Shown one piece after another: positions 1 through 10,077 of a stretch of 64,000 bases of DNA. Made by a program: the position numbers and the translations under genes. The DNA comes from an uncultured Candidatus Rokubacteria bacterium. GTDB lineage: Bacteria > Methylomirabilota > Methylomirabilia > Rokubacteriales > CSP1-6. Numbering within the stretch: position 1 is the stretch's first letter; the number at the start of each line of letters is the position of its first letter. The notes under the pieces were generated by a model. It made no database searches and was not told the DNA's origin. It saw only the letters and a program-made list of their open reading frames with translations. The stretch lies in the NCBI GenBank assembly GCA_963747235.1, contig CAVVEU010000029.1:160001-224000 (forward strand), written 5' to 3'.

Positions 1-679
1 GACCGCGGCTGGTTCGTGGACGACGAGAAGATCGCCTACCCGATGCTCGAGCGGGCGCGCAAGCTCGGGGATCAAGCGGATCTGCCTGCACAAGGGGCTG
101 CCGCTCGGCCCGGTCGCCGACTACAACCACCCGCGCGACGTGATCAAGGCCGCGCGCGACTTCCCGGATCTGGACTTCGTGCTCTACCACGCCGGGCTGC
201 TCACCGTGCCGCGCACCGGGTCCGCCGACGTGCCGTGGACCACCGAGTTCTGCCAGATGCGGAAGAAGGAGCCGGCGCTCACCAACATCTACATGGAGCT
301 GGGCTCCACCTTCGGCCAGCTCGCCACCACGAACCCGACCGCGTGCGCGCATCTCCTGGGCCAGGTCATCGACGCCTTCGGCGCCGATCACGTGCTGTGG
401 GGCACCGACTCCATCTGGTACGGGTCGCCCCAGTGGCAGATCGAGGCCTTCCGCCGCTTCGAGATCCCGCAGGCGCTGGTGGACGCCCACGGCTACAAGC
501 CGCTCACGCGTCAGGTCAAGGAGCAGATCTTCGGCCTCAACGCCGCGCGCCTCTTCAACGTGGACGTCAACGCCAAGCGCAACGAGCTCCCCAAGGACTA
601 CCTGACGCGAATCAAGATGAGCTACCTCGACGAAGGCCCGAGGCCCAGCAACCGCTTCTACGGCTGGGTCGCCGGCTAG
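1..679 (+). CDS. Amidohydrolase_2 family metal-dependent hydrolase (5' truncated by window; frameshift ~70)
   Basis: Joined frames give ...YPMLERARKLG/IKRICLHKGLP...FPDLDFVLYHAG...NIYMELGS...VLWGTDSIW...IFGLNAARLF, typical amidohydrolase_2 motifs; TAG at 677-679. Confidence 0.85.
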   Translation, partial: TAAGSWTTRRSPTRCSSGRASSGIKRICLHKGLPLGPVADYNHPRDVIKAARDFPDLDFVLYHAGLLTVPRTGSADVPWTTEFCQMRKKEPALTNIYMELGSTFGQLATTNPTACAHLLGQVIDAFGADHVLWGTDSIWYGSPQWQIEAFRRFEIPQALVDAHGYKPLTRQVKEQIFGLNAARLFNVDVNAKRNELPKDYLTRIKMSYLDEGPRPSNRFYGWVAG

Positions 680-686
680 CCCTCCA

Positions 687-721
687 CCCTCTCCCCTCCG
701 GGGAGAGGGCAGGGTGAGGGG
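687..721. repeat. REP-like palindromic element copy 1
   Basis: CCCTCTCCCC-tcc-GGGGAGAGGG hairpin plus tail CAGGGTGAGGGG, between convergent genes. Confidence 0.85.
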
Positions 722-725
722 TCGG

Positions 726-1847
726 CTAGACGTAGACGCGGGGGATGCGGGTGTTGAGGTTGGTGAGGACCTCGTAGGGGATGGTGCCGGCCCACTCGGC
801 CAGGTGCTCGCAGGTGATGAGCTCGTCGCCGTCGGCGCCGAGCAGCGTGACCACGTCGCCGTTGTAGGCGGTCTCCCATTCGAGATTGACCATGATCTGG
901 TCCATGCAGACGCGGCCCACCACCGGGTATTTCTTGCCGCGGATCAGCACGTGGGCCACGTTGGAGAGCGCGCGGAAGTAGCCGTCGCCGTAGCCCACCG
1001 GCACCGTCACCACGCGCACCGGGTGGTCGGACTGCCACGTGGAGCCGTAGCTCACCGGGTGGCCGGGCGTGACGACCTTGAAGTAGACCACGCGCGAGCG
1101 CAGCGACAGCGCCGGGCTTCACCTGGATGGTCTGCCGCACCTCGATGGACGGGTAGACGCCGTAGAGCAGGATGCCCGGCCGCACCAGGTCGAGGTGGCT
1201 CTCGCGGAGCTGGAGCACCGCGCCGGAGTTGGCCATGTGGCGCGACCGGCGGCGGCACGCCCTGCTTGTCGTACCACTCGAGCACCTCGAGGAAGCGCGC
1301 GAGCTGCAGCCGCGCCGAGGCGAGGTCCGCCGCGTCCGCGTTGGCGAAGTGCGAGTAGATGCCCTCCACCCGCACGCGCGCGGCAGTCCGCCGCCCGCTC
1401 GAGCAGTCCGCGCGCGTTGTAGTAGTGCACGCCGATCCGCTCCATGCCGGTGTCGATCTTGAGGTGCACGGTCGCGGTGACGCCCATGCCGCCCGCGATC
1501 GCGTCGATCTGCTTGAGCTTGTCGATGGACGACGCGGTCAGGGTGAGCCCGTGGCGCAGGAAGATCGGGATCTGGTCGCCGAAGATGCCGCCCATGACCA
1601 GGATGGGCACGGTGACGCCGACCTCGCGCAGCGCCACCGCCTCTTCCAGGAAGGCCACGCCCAGGGACCGCGCCCCGAGCGCGACCAGGTGCCGGGCCAC
1701 GGGCACGAGCCCGTGGCCGTAGGCATTGGCCTTGACGATCGGCATCACCGCGGCCGGCGCGACCGCCGCCTGGATCGCGCGATAGTTCTCGGCGAGACGG
1801 GCGAGGCTGATCTCGACGACCGTCGGCCGCAGTGAGCCGGTGTCCAC
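726..1847 (-). CDS. alr: Alanine racemase (frameshifts ~1380, ~1240, ~1110)
   Basis: IVKANAYGHG (PLP Lys), HLKIDTGMERIG, IYSHFANAD, VRPGILLYG, VSYG, PVGYGDG, VGRVCMDQ, GTIPYEVLT. Confidence 0.93.
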
Positions 1848-1850
1848 CGT

Positions 1851-2937
1851 TTACTTGGGTACCATGCCCTTGAAGCGGGGCATGACCTCCTTCGAGAGCA
1901 ATTCCATCGAGTGCTGCCAGGCCTTCGGGTTCTCGCTGTAGTCGAAGCAGAAGACCAGCAGCGTGCCGAAGCCGCCCACTTCCTCGTAGAGGTGGTTGAG
2001 CTTGTCGGACACGGTGGCGGGCGAGCCGATGAGCCAGTTGTGCTTGGCGCAGTACTCCGGCGTCACGTCCGAGTCCGGCACCGAGGGATCGTGCTTGAGG
2101 TACTCGGTGAAGCCGAACGCGGCCAGCAGCGGCAGGAAGTACTCGGTCATCATGCGGCCCATCATGCCGCCCGCGGAGAGGCGCATCGCCTCCGCGTCGG
2201 TGTCGGCCACGAAGACCTCGCGGACCATGCGCCAGTCCGAGCGCTTGGCCGTGCGCTTGCCGCGCGCCGCGCCCTCTTCCACCGCGTCCCAGTGGCTACT
2301 GACAGTAGCCCGGGTTCAGGTTGAGGCTCATGGGCCAGAACCCGCGCTCGCCCGCGAGCTTGAGCGTGTCCGAGCCCTTGCTGAGCCCGGCGACGCCGAT
2401 CGGGGGGTGCGGCTTCTGGAACGGGAAGATGTGCGGGCGCAGCGTGCCGAACATCGTCCCGGTCTTGGTCACGTGCCAGTACTTGCCCTTGTAGTCGAAC
2501 TCGGGCTCGTCGCTCCAGAGGCGCAGGATGATGTCGAGGGACTCGCGCGTCATCTCCCGGTTCTGCCCCGACATGCCGTCCACGTTGAACATGGACCAGT
2601 CGCTCGGCAGCCCGCTCGCGGCCACCCCGAAGTTGAGCCGGCCCTGCGCCAGGTGATCGAGCATCGCGACCCGGTTGGCCAGCTCGGCCGGGTGGTGATA
2701 CGGCATCAGGAAGCCGCCGGGGCCGATGCGCATGCGCTTGGTCTGCATCAGCGCCTGGGCCACCAGCAGGTCCGGCGAGGGATGCGGCTCCCACGGCGCG
2801 GTGTGGTGCTCCCCGATCCAGGCCTCGCTGAAACCCATCTCGTCCGCCCAGCGAAGCTGCTGGAGATCCCACTGGTGCCCGTCGAAGAGCTTCCGCTCGG
2901 GCGGGTGCGACGGCATCGTGAACAGTCCGTAGTCCAT
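1851..2937 (-). CDS. LLM-class (luciferase-like) flavin-dependent monooxygenase (frameshift ~2296)
   Basis: MDYGLFTMPSHPPE, GFSEAWIGEHH, HPAELANRVAMLDHLAQGRLNFG, PFQKPHPPI, C-terminal SMELLSKEVMP; RBS GGAGG upstream. Confidence 0.88.
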
Positions 2938-2949
2938 GAGCGTACCTCC

Positions 2950-4423
2950 TTACAGATCCTGCTCGAAGGGGTAGAGCGGCCGCCGGCGGTTCCGGTAGGT
3001 GAAGATCTCCAGATTCGAGCTGGTCACGCCGTCGCCGTCGCAGAGGACGATGTGCCGGGCGATCGGCTCGAAGCCGGCCCGGAAATGCTGGCGTGACTTG
3101 ATCAGCACGTACTTCTTGCGGCGCGGGTCGATCCCGCAGTGGGTGAAGACGCCGGTGTCGAAGGGCTCGCTGCGGCCCTCCGACACGACGATCTGCATGG
3201 CCCCGGTGTCGAGCACGGCGGTCCTGCCCATCCGCACGCGCGTGCCGGTGGCCATCGGCCCGGTGACGGTGAACTCCCCGTCGGTGATGCGCGTGACTTT
3301 CCCCGTCACGCTCAGCGGCCTGCCGGTGAGGTTGATCTGCGGCATGTCGATGCGCCCGCCCAGCGGCAGCGTGACGCCGGCCGCGGTGCCCGCTTCCACG
3401 AGGCGCCGCACGCCCGCCGGGTCGCAGATGGGCCCGGCCACCACGTCGGTCAGCCCCTGGCGCATGACTTCTTCGATGACGCTCATCACGTCCTGGGTGC
3501 CGCCGGAGGCGGTGTTGTCGCCGTGGTCGACCAAAACGATCGGTCCTTCGCTCAGCGAGCGGGCGTGGGCGACCTGGCCGGCCAGCGGGGCGCCGTTGTA
3601 GAGGTAGTCCGCCCGTCGCTCCCAGGCCATCGCGAGCAGCCGGTCCCGCAGCGCCCGGCCCGCCTCGGGGCGACGATCGCACACGATGACGGCGGACAGC
3701 GAGATGTGCGGGATGTCCGAGTGCGGGAAGCCGCCGAACACCGACGCGTTGAGCACCGCGCCGGAGGCCTCCGCCGCCATCGCCATGTCCATGACGTCCT
3801 TCATGGGCTGGCGCGACGGGGTGTGGACCAGGGTGCTCGTCATCATGGGGAGCGACCCCCACACCATCACCGGCTCGATCTCCCCGCGCAGCGCCCGCAT
3901 CATGGTGCGCCCCGCGCGCTCGCCGGTGTCGCCCATGTCCACGTGGGGATAGGTGCAGTAGCCCGCGATGACGTTGGCGTTGTCCACCATCGCGGCGGTC
4001 ATGTGCGAGTGGAAGTCGAGCCCCACCGCGATCGGCACCGTCGGCGCCACCGCGCGGATGCGCCGCAGCAGCTCGCCCTCGCCGTCGTCCACGTGCTCGG
4101 CCACCATCGCCCCGTGGAGGGCCAGGAACACCGCGTCGCAGCCGCCCGCGCACCGCGCCCACGATGGACTCGACCATGTCCTCGTACGCCGCCCGCTCCA
4201 CGTACCCGGACGGGTGCGCCCCGCCCGCCACCGGCAGGACGATCTCCGCGCCGGCCTGCTGGGCCACGTGGAGGAACCCGCCGAGCTGGGTATTGGTGTC
4301 CTTGAACTCCGCGATCGCGGCCTCGCCCTGGAGCGGGCGGAACGACGCGAGCGGGGTGGGCACCGGCGAGAAGGTGTTGGTCTCGTGCATCATCATCGCG
4401 AGGACGAGCTTGAGGCGGGCCAT
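2950..4423 (-). CDS. MlrC/M81 family metallopeptidase (frameshift ~4150)
   Basis: MMHETNTFSP, LALHGAM, DGEGELL, LDFHSH, YPHVD, DHGDNTASGG, KSRQHFRAGF, RRPLYPF. Confidence 0.9.
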
Positions 4424-4429
4424 GCCGGG

Positions 4430-4439
4430 AGCATACTAT
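4430..4439. promoter_or_regulatory. Overlapping divergent -10-like hexamers (TATGCT on -, TACTAT on +)
   Basis: Only AT-rich patch in the 26-bp gap between divergent genes; 6 nt from ATG 4423 (-) and 10 nt from ATG 4450 (+). Confidence 0.5.
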
Positions 4440-4449
4440 CGCCCGGGAG

Positions 4450-5691
4450 ATGACGCACCTGTACTTCACCGGCTTCGACTGTCTCGGGTGCCGCGCCGCG
4501 TACGCGCCGGACCAGGATCTGCTCCTCTGCCCGCGCTGCCACCAGCTCCTCGAGGCCCGCTACGATCTCGCCCGCTTCGGCCGCGAGGTGGACCGCGACG
4601 CGCTCGCCCGGCGGCCCGCCGGCGTCTGGCGCTGGCGGGAGCTGCTGCCCGTGCTCGACCCGGCGCGCATCGTGACGCTGGGCGAGGGCGGCACCCCGTT
4701 CCTGCGCTCGGAGCGGATCGCCCAGGCCTGCGGGGTGCGCGAGCTCTGGCTCAAGTCCGACGCCGCCAATCCCACCGGCTCGCTCAAGGACCGCTCGATC
4801 ACGGTGTCGGCGACCAAGGCGATGGAGTTCGGCTACGACGTGCTGGCCTGCGACTCCACCGGCAACAAGGCCTCGTCCACCGCGGCCTATGCCGCGCGCG
4901 CCGGGCTGCGCAGCGTGGTGTTCTGCCCGAAGGACACGCCGTCCCCGAAGATGGCGCAGGCCGTCTTCTTCGGCGCCCGGCTCATCCGCGTGGACGGCCA
5001 CTACTCGCAGATCAACGCGATGTACCGGAAGCTGATCGGCAGCGGGCGCGTCAAGTGGTACGACTGCGGCACCGACAACCCGTTCCGCTACGAGGGCAAG
5101 AAGACCTACGCCTACGAGATCGCCCAGGATCTCGGCTGGCAGGTCCCCGATCGGGTGCTGCACCCGTGCGCCGGCGGTATGTCGCTCGTGAAGACGTGGA
5201 AGGGCTTCAACGAGCTGCGGACGCTCGGCTGGACCGACCGGCTCCCCAAGATGACCGCGGTGCAGGCCGCCCGCTGCGCGCCCATCGTGGAGTCGTGGAA
5301 GAAGGGCCTCCCGCGCGTGGAGCCGGTGGAGAAGCAGCCCACGATCGCCAGCGCGCTGGCCGCGGCCGACCCGGGGCTGCTGGGCGACCAGACGCTCCTG
5401 GCCGTGCGCGCCTCGGACGGCGACGCGCTCGCGGTGGAAGAGGCCGAGATCATCGAGGCGGTGCGCCTGCTCGCCCAGGAAGGCCTCATGATCGAGCCGA
5501 GCGGCGCGGTCACCGTCGCCGCGGTGCGCCGGGGCGTGCGGGACGGCCTCATCGACCGCGGCGAGTCGGTGGTCTGCGTGCTCACCGGCTCCGGCTTCAA
5601 GGACTTCGACCGCATCCTCGACCTGGTCGACATCCCTCGTAACGTCGTGTCCGGCTACGACGCCATGCTGGCCGAGGCGGAGAGGATCTGA
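4450..5691 (+). CDS. Threonine synthase-like PLP enzyme (fold type II) with N-terminal CxxC/CxxC
   Basis: TLGEGGTP, NPTGSLKDR, STGN, EGKKTYAYEI, EPSGA, VLTGSGFK; intact ORF. Confidence 0.88.
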   Translation: MTHLYFTGFDCLGCRAAYAPDQDLLLCPRCHQLLEARYDLARFGREVDRDALARRPAGVWRWRELLPVLDPARIVTLGEGGTPFLRSERIAQACGVRELWLKSDAANPTGSLKDRSITVSATKAMEFGYDVLACDSTGNKASSTAAYAARAGLRSVVFCPKDTPSPKMAQAVFFGARLIRVDGHYSQINAMYRKLIGSGRVKWYDCGTDNPFRYEGKKTYAYEIAQDLGWQVPDRVLHPCAGGMSLVKTWKGFNELRTLGWTDRLPKMTAVQAARCAPIVESWKKGLPRVEPVEKQPTIASALAAADPGLLGDQTLLAVRASDGDALAVEEAEIIEAVRLLAQEGLMIEPSGAVTVAAVRRGVRDGLIDRGESVVCVLTGSGFKDFDRILDLVDIPRNVVSGYDAMLAEAERI

Positions 5692-5696
5692 CGCCG

Positions 5697-6167
5697 GTGC
5701 CCGACGCGATGCGGATCGAGAAGAAGCTCGCCGCCCTGGGCCTCGAGCTGCCGCAGCAACCGGTGCCGGTCGGCAACTACCTGCCCGCCGCGCGCGCCGG
5801 GAACCTCGTCTTCACCTCCGGGCAGACCGCCCGCATCAACGGGGTGCGCCGCTACGTGGGGGTGGTCGGCCAGGAGGTGAGCCAGGCGGACGCCTACCTC
5901 TCGGCGCGCGACGCGACGCTCAACTGCCTGGCCTGCGTGAAGCAGGCGGTCGGCTCGCTCGACCGGGTGAAGCGCGTGGTCAAGGTGATGGGCTTCGTGA
6001 ACGCGGGGCGCGAGTTCGACCACCAGCCCGCCGCCATCAACGGGGCGTCCGATCTGCTCGAGCAGCTCTTCGGCGAGGCGGGGCGCCACGCCCGCAGCGC
6101 GATCGGGCTGTCCTCCCTGCCGTCCAACGTCTCGGTCGAGATCGAGCTGATCGTGGAGGTGCGATAG
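5697..6167 (+). CDS. RidA/YjgF/UK114 family protein
   Basis: GNYLP, VFTSGQ, INGASDLL, GRHARSAIG, SVEIELI. Confidence 0.9.
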   Translation: MPDAMRIEKKLAALGLELPQQPVPVGNYLPAARAGNLVFTSGQTARINGVRRYVGVVGQEVSQADAYLSARDATLNCLACVKQAVGSLDRVKRVVKVMGFVNAGREFDHQPAAINGASDLLEQLFGEAGRHARSAIGLSSLPSNVSVEIELIVEVR

Positions 6168-7254
6168 ATGCGCGCAGCCGTGATGCGGAACAAGCGACTC
6201 GTCGTCACCGATCTGGCCCAGCCCGATCCGGGGCCGGGCGAGGTGCTGGTCAAGACCCTCGCCTGCGGGATCTGCGGCTCCGATCTCCACGCGCTCCGGC
6301 ACGCCGAGCAGTTCGTGGCGGCCTCGCGCCGCGCGGGCAGCGTCTTCACCATGGATCTCGCGCGCGACGTGGTGATGGGCCACGAGTTCTGCGCCGAGGT
6401 CGTCGAGCTACGGGCCCGCGACGACCCGGGCGCTCCGGATCGGCGCGCGCGTCTGCTCCCGCCCGAGCCTGATCCGCGCCGACGGCCCGCGCACGGTGGG
6501 CTACTCCAACGACACGCCGGGCGGCTTTGCTCAGTACATGCGGCTCACCGAGGCGCTGCTGCTCCCGGTGCCGAACGGGCTCGTCACCGAGCACGCCACG
6601 CTCACCGAGCCGATGGCGGTGGGCCTCCACGCGGTGGCCAAGGCGCGCCTCGAGCCCGACGACGCCCCGCTCGTGATCGGCTGCGGCCCGGTGGGCCTGG
6701 CCGTGATCGCGGCGCTGCGCCTGCACGGCGCGCGGCCCATCGTGGCCGCGGACTTCTCGGCCCGCCGCCGCGAGCTGGCGATCGCGCTGGGCGCCGATCT
6801 GGTGGTGGATCCCGCGACGACCACCCCGTGGCAGAGCTGGCGCGAGGCCGCGGTCTGGCCCGACGCGAGCCGCGCGCCGCTCCTGCCGCCCTGGATCAAG
6901 GGCCCGGCGGTACGCCCGGCCGTCGTCTTCGAGTGCGTGGGCGTGCCGGGCGTGCTCGACCAGATCATGGCCGCCTCGCCGCGCGGTACGCGCATCGTCG
7001 TGGTCGGCGTGTGCATGGAGGCCGACACGATCTACCCGATGCTCGGCATCAGCAAGGAGCTGAACCTCCAGTTCGTGCTGGGCTACACCCCGGACGAGTT
7101 CGCGGCCACGCTCGACCACATCGCGGAGGGCCGCATCCCGGTCGCGCCGCTCATCACCGGCAAGGTGGGTGTGGAAGGCGTGGCCGGCGCGTTCGAGGCC
7201 CTCGCCTCACCCGAGCGCCACGCCAAGATCCTCGTCGAGCCCTGGCGGGCTTGA
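6168..7254 (+). CDS. Zn-dependent medium-chain dehydrogenase (frameshift ~6415)
   Basis: CGICGSDLH, MGHEFC, LTEPMAVG, GCGPVG, FECVG, HAKILVEP. Confidence 0.88.
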
Positions 7255-8450
7255 CGACCTTCGCGGCGCTCCGGGAGCGCAACTACCGCTTCTACTGGGT
7301 CGGGCTCGTGTTCTACGTGCTCGGGCACCGCGCCGAGTACGTGACGTTCGCCTGGCTGGTCTGGGAAGCGACCCACGACGCGCTCCACCTGGGCTATCTC
7401 GGGCTCGCCCAGGGCGTTCCGCTCGTCGTCTTCCAGCTCTGGGGCGGCGTGCTCGCCGATCGGGTGAACCGGCTGCGCCTGCTGCTCGCCACCCAGGTGC
7501 TCACGACGCTGACCCTGCTGGCCGCCTTCACGCTCTCCGCGCTGGGCGCGATCCGCGTCGAGCACCTCCTGGCCCTGGCCGCGCTCAGCAATACCTTTCG
7601 CGCCTTCGACGAGCCCACCCGCATGTCCATGGTGCCGCAGATGGTCGGGCGCGAGCGGCTGGCCAACGCGATCGCGCTCGGCTCCATCCCCTGGCAGGCC
7701 GGCCGCATGATCGGCCCCTCCATCACCGGCATCCTGATCGCGGCCTTCGGCGGCACCGTCGGCCTCGCCATCGCGGCGGTCGCCTCGGGGATGGCGCTCG
7801 CGATGTACGCGCGGCTGCACGTGGACGCGCGGTCGGCCGCGGCGCCCGCCGGGCACATGGGCACCCAGCTCGTCGAGGGGCTGAGCTTCGTCCGCCACAA
7901 CTTCGTGTTCGCGGCGCTGATCTGCCTGGCCCTCTTCAACGCGGTCTTCGGCCTCTCCTACGTCACGCTGCTGCCGATCTACGCCGACGTGTACTTCCAG
8001 GCCGGCTCCACCGGCTTCGGCCTGCTCAATGCCGCGCACGGCACCGGCGCGCTCGTGGGCACCCTGATCGTGGCCTACCTGGCCGCGCGCTTCCGTCGCC
8101 GCGGCCTCATCATCCTGGTCGGCGCGGCGGGCATGGGCCTGGGCCTGGCGATCTTCTCGCAGTCGCCCGGCCTCGGCCTGGCCCTGCCGATGCTGGCCCT
8201 GGTCGGCTTCAGCAACACGTTCTATCTCACGCAGGTGAGCACGCATCTCCAGCAGGCGGTGCCCGATCACCTGCGCGGCCGCGTGATGAGCCTCTACGCG
8301 CTCTGCTGGAACCTGCTGCCGCTCGGCGGCCTGCTGGGCGGCGTCCTCGCGGCCGCGGTGAACGCCCGCTTCGCGGTGCTGGTGGGCGGCGCGATGGTCG
8401 CGGCCAACGCGCTCGTCCTGCTCGCGTCCCGCCGGCTCCGGCTGCTATAA
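7251..8450 (+). CDS. MFS transporter (EntS/DUF894-like)
   Basis: TTG start overlapping upstream TGA; FAALRERNYRFYW, GGVLADRVNR, VPDHLRGRVMSLY; about 12 hydrophobic segments. Confidence 0.85.
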   Translation: MTTFAALRERNYRFYWVGLVFYVLGHRAEYVTFAWLVWEATHDALHLGYLGLAQGVPLVVFQLWGGVLADRVNRLRLLLATQVLTTLTLLAAFTLSALGAIRVEHLLALAALSNTFRAFDEPTRMSMVPQMVGRERLANAIALGSIPWQAGRMIGPSITGILIAAFGGTVGLAIAAVASGMALAMYARLHVDARSAAAPAGHMGTQLVEGLSFVRHNFVFAALICLALFNAVFGLSYVTLLPIYADVYFQAGSTGFGLLNAAHGTGALVGTLIVAYLAARFRRRGLIILVGAAGMGLGLAIFSQSPGLGLALPMLALVGFSNTFYLTQVSTHLQQAVPDHLRGRVMSLYALCWNLLPLGGLLGGVLAAAVNARFAVLVGGAMVAANALVLLASRRLRLL

Positions 8451-8451
8451 T
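8443..8451 (+). promoter_or_regulatory. Perfect extended -10 element TGCTATAAT
   Basis: TGnTATAAT consensus formed by the final codons CTG CTA TAA of the upstream gene; 13 nt before ATG 8465. Confidence 0.7.
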
Positions 8452-8464
8452 CGCGGGCACGCTC

Positions 8465-9712
8465 ATGTCCTCGTCCCGGGTGTTCTACGGCTGGTGGGTC
8501 ACCGTCGCCTTCTCCGTCATGGTCTTCGTCTCGGCCGGCGTGCGCCACGCGGTCGGCCCCTTCCTCAAGCCGATGGCGGCCGATCTGGGCGTGGACCGCG
8601 GCTCCTTCTCGCTGGTCATCGCGCTCGGCCTCTTCCTCTACGGCGCCTTCATGCCGTGGGTCGGCGGCCTCACCGATCGCTTCGGGGCCCGGCTGGTCAC
8701 CGCGGCGGGCTCGGTGCTCCTGGCCATCTCCCTCGTGCTGACCGCCTACTGCCAGAACCTCTGGCAGCTCGCGCTGGTCTACGGCGTGCTCGCCGCGCTC
8801 GGCCTCGCCTGCACCGGCCCGGTGGTGGCCAACGCGGTGGTCACGCGCTGGTTCGTGCGCCGGCGCGGCACCGCGGTGTCCCTGCTCGGCAGCGCGGCGA
8901 TGACCGGCATGAGCCTGCTGGTGCCGGTGGTGGCGTGGCTCATCGTGGTGTTCGACTGGCGGACCGCCTACATGGTGCTGGGCGCGGCGGTGCTGGTCGG
9001 CATGCTCCCGCTCTGCCTCTTCGTGGTGCGCGACTCGCCCGAGGAGATGGGGCTGCGCCCCGACGGCGACGCCCTGGTGCCGGGCGCGCCCGCCCCGATC
9101 ATCACCCGCACCTCCGCCGGCACCGCGGTGCGCACGGTGGCCTTCTGGCAGCTCGGCGGCTCGTTCTTCACCTGCGGGTTCTCGATGGCCCTGGTGGCCG
9201 CGCACGGCGTGCCGATGCTCACCGACCACGGCTACACGCCGATCTTCGCCTCGTGGGTGATCGGCGTGCTCGGCGCTTCCAGCATCGTCTTCACCCTGAC
9301 CCTGGGCCGGCTGTCGGATACGTTCGGGCCGCGGCCGGTGCTGGCCGCCATCTACGCGGGGCGCGCGTTCATCTTCGCCGGGCTCTTCCTCATCCGGGAC
9401 AATCCGGCCGCGATGATCGGGGTGGCCATCGTGGGCGGCATCACCCTGGCCGGCTCCATGTCCATGACCTCGGTGCTCACCGCCGACATCTACGGCCGCT
9501 ACTCGGTCGGCTCCATCCTGGGCGTGATCTTCCTCGTGCACCAGACCGGCGCCGCGCTCGGGTCCTGGCTCGCGGGCGCCCTCTTCGAGGCGACGGGCGG
9601 CTACGGCGCCATGTTCGCCATCGCCTGCGTCCTGCTGGCCGCCGCCGGCCTCGTCAGCCTGCACGTGGCCCGGGAGCCGCGCATGCTTCGCTGGGCCACC
9701 CTCACCCGCTAG
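8465..9712 (+). CDS. MFS transporter (OFA/MCT-like)
   Basis: FYGWWV, GGLTDRFGAR, WFVRRRGTA, GRLSDTFGPR, HQTGAALG. Confidence 0.88.
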   Translation: MSSSRVFYGWWVTVAFSVMVFVSAGVRHAVGPFLKPMAADLGVDRGSFSLVIALGLFLYGAFMPWVGGLTDRFGARLVTAAGSVLLAISLVLTAYCQNLWQLALVYGVLAALGLACTGPVVANAVVTRWFVRRRGTAVSLLGSAAMTGMSLLVPVVAWLIVVFDWRTAYMVLGAAVLVGMLPLCLFVVRDSPEEMGLRPDGDALVPGAPAPIITRTSAGTAVRTVAFWQLGGSFFTCGFSMALVAAHGVPMLTDHGYTPIFASWVIGVLGASSIVFTLTLGRLSDTFGPRPVLAAIYAGRAFIFAGLFLIRDNPAAMIGVAIVGGITLAGSMSMTSVLTADIYGRYSVGSILGVIFLVHQTGAALGSWLAGALFEATGGYGAMFAIACVLLAAAGLVSLHVAREPRMLRWATLTR

Positions 9713-9729
9713 AACCAAGGAGATCAGTC

Positions 9730-10038
9730 ATGGCCGAAGTGCTCACGGTGATCGCGAAGATCCGGGCGGTGAAGGGCAAGGGCGACGCGCTGGCCGCGCT
9801 GCTCAAGGAGCAGGTGGCCGTCGTGACGAAGGCGGAGCCGGGTCTCCTGATCTACCGCCCGCATCGCTCCAGCAAGGACCCCGATCTCTTCATCTTCTAC
9901 GAGCAGTACAAGGACGACGCCGCCTTCGAGCTGCACCGCAAGGCGCCGTACCTGGCCGCCTACCGGGAGCGCCGCGAGCGGGAAGGCCTGACCGAGGGCC
10001 CCGCCGAGGTCGAGATCTACCGCTCGCTGACGGACTAG
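9730..10038 (+). CDS. ABM-domain (putative quinol monooxygenase) protein
   Basis: RBS AAGGAG; VIAKIRAVKGKG, AEPGLLIY, FIFYEQYKDDAAFELH. Confidence 0.85.
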   Translation: MAEVLTVIAKIRAVKGKGDALAALLKEQVAVVTKAEPGLLIYRPHRSSKDPDLFIFYEQYKDDAAFELHRKAPYLAAYRERREREGLTEGPAEVEIYRSLTD

Positions 10039-10044
10039 CCCCAG

Positions 10045-10077
10045 CCCCTCACCCTGCCCTCTCCCCAGGGGAGAGGG
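10045..10077. repeat. REP-like palindromic element copy 2
   Basis: CCCCTCACCCTG-CCCTCTCCCC-a-GGGGAGAGGG (opposite orientation to copy 1), between convergent genes. Confidence 0.85.

Noticed and set aside
2950-4423. Microcystin degradation cluster
   Set aside because: Only an MlrC-family gene is present, with no mlrA or mlrD, and the family is broadly distributed.
6168-8450. 760-aa dehydrogenase-MFS fusion ORF
   Set aside because: Artefact of a frameshift near 6415. The middle is out-of-frame sequence and the dehydrogenase has its own stop at 7254.
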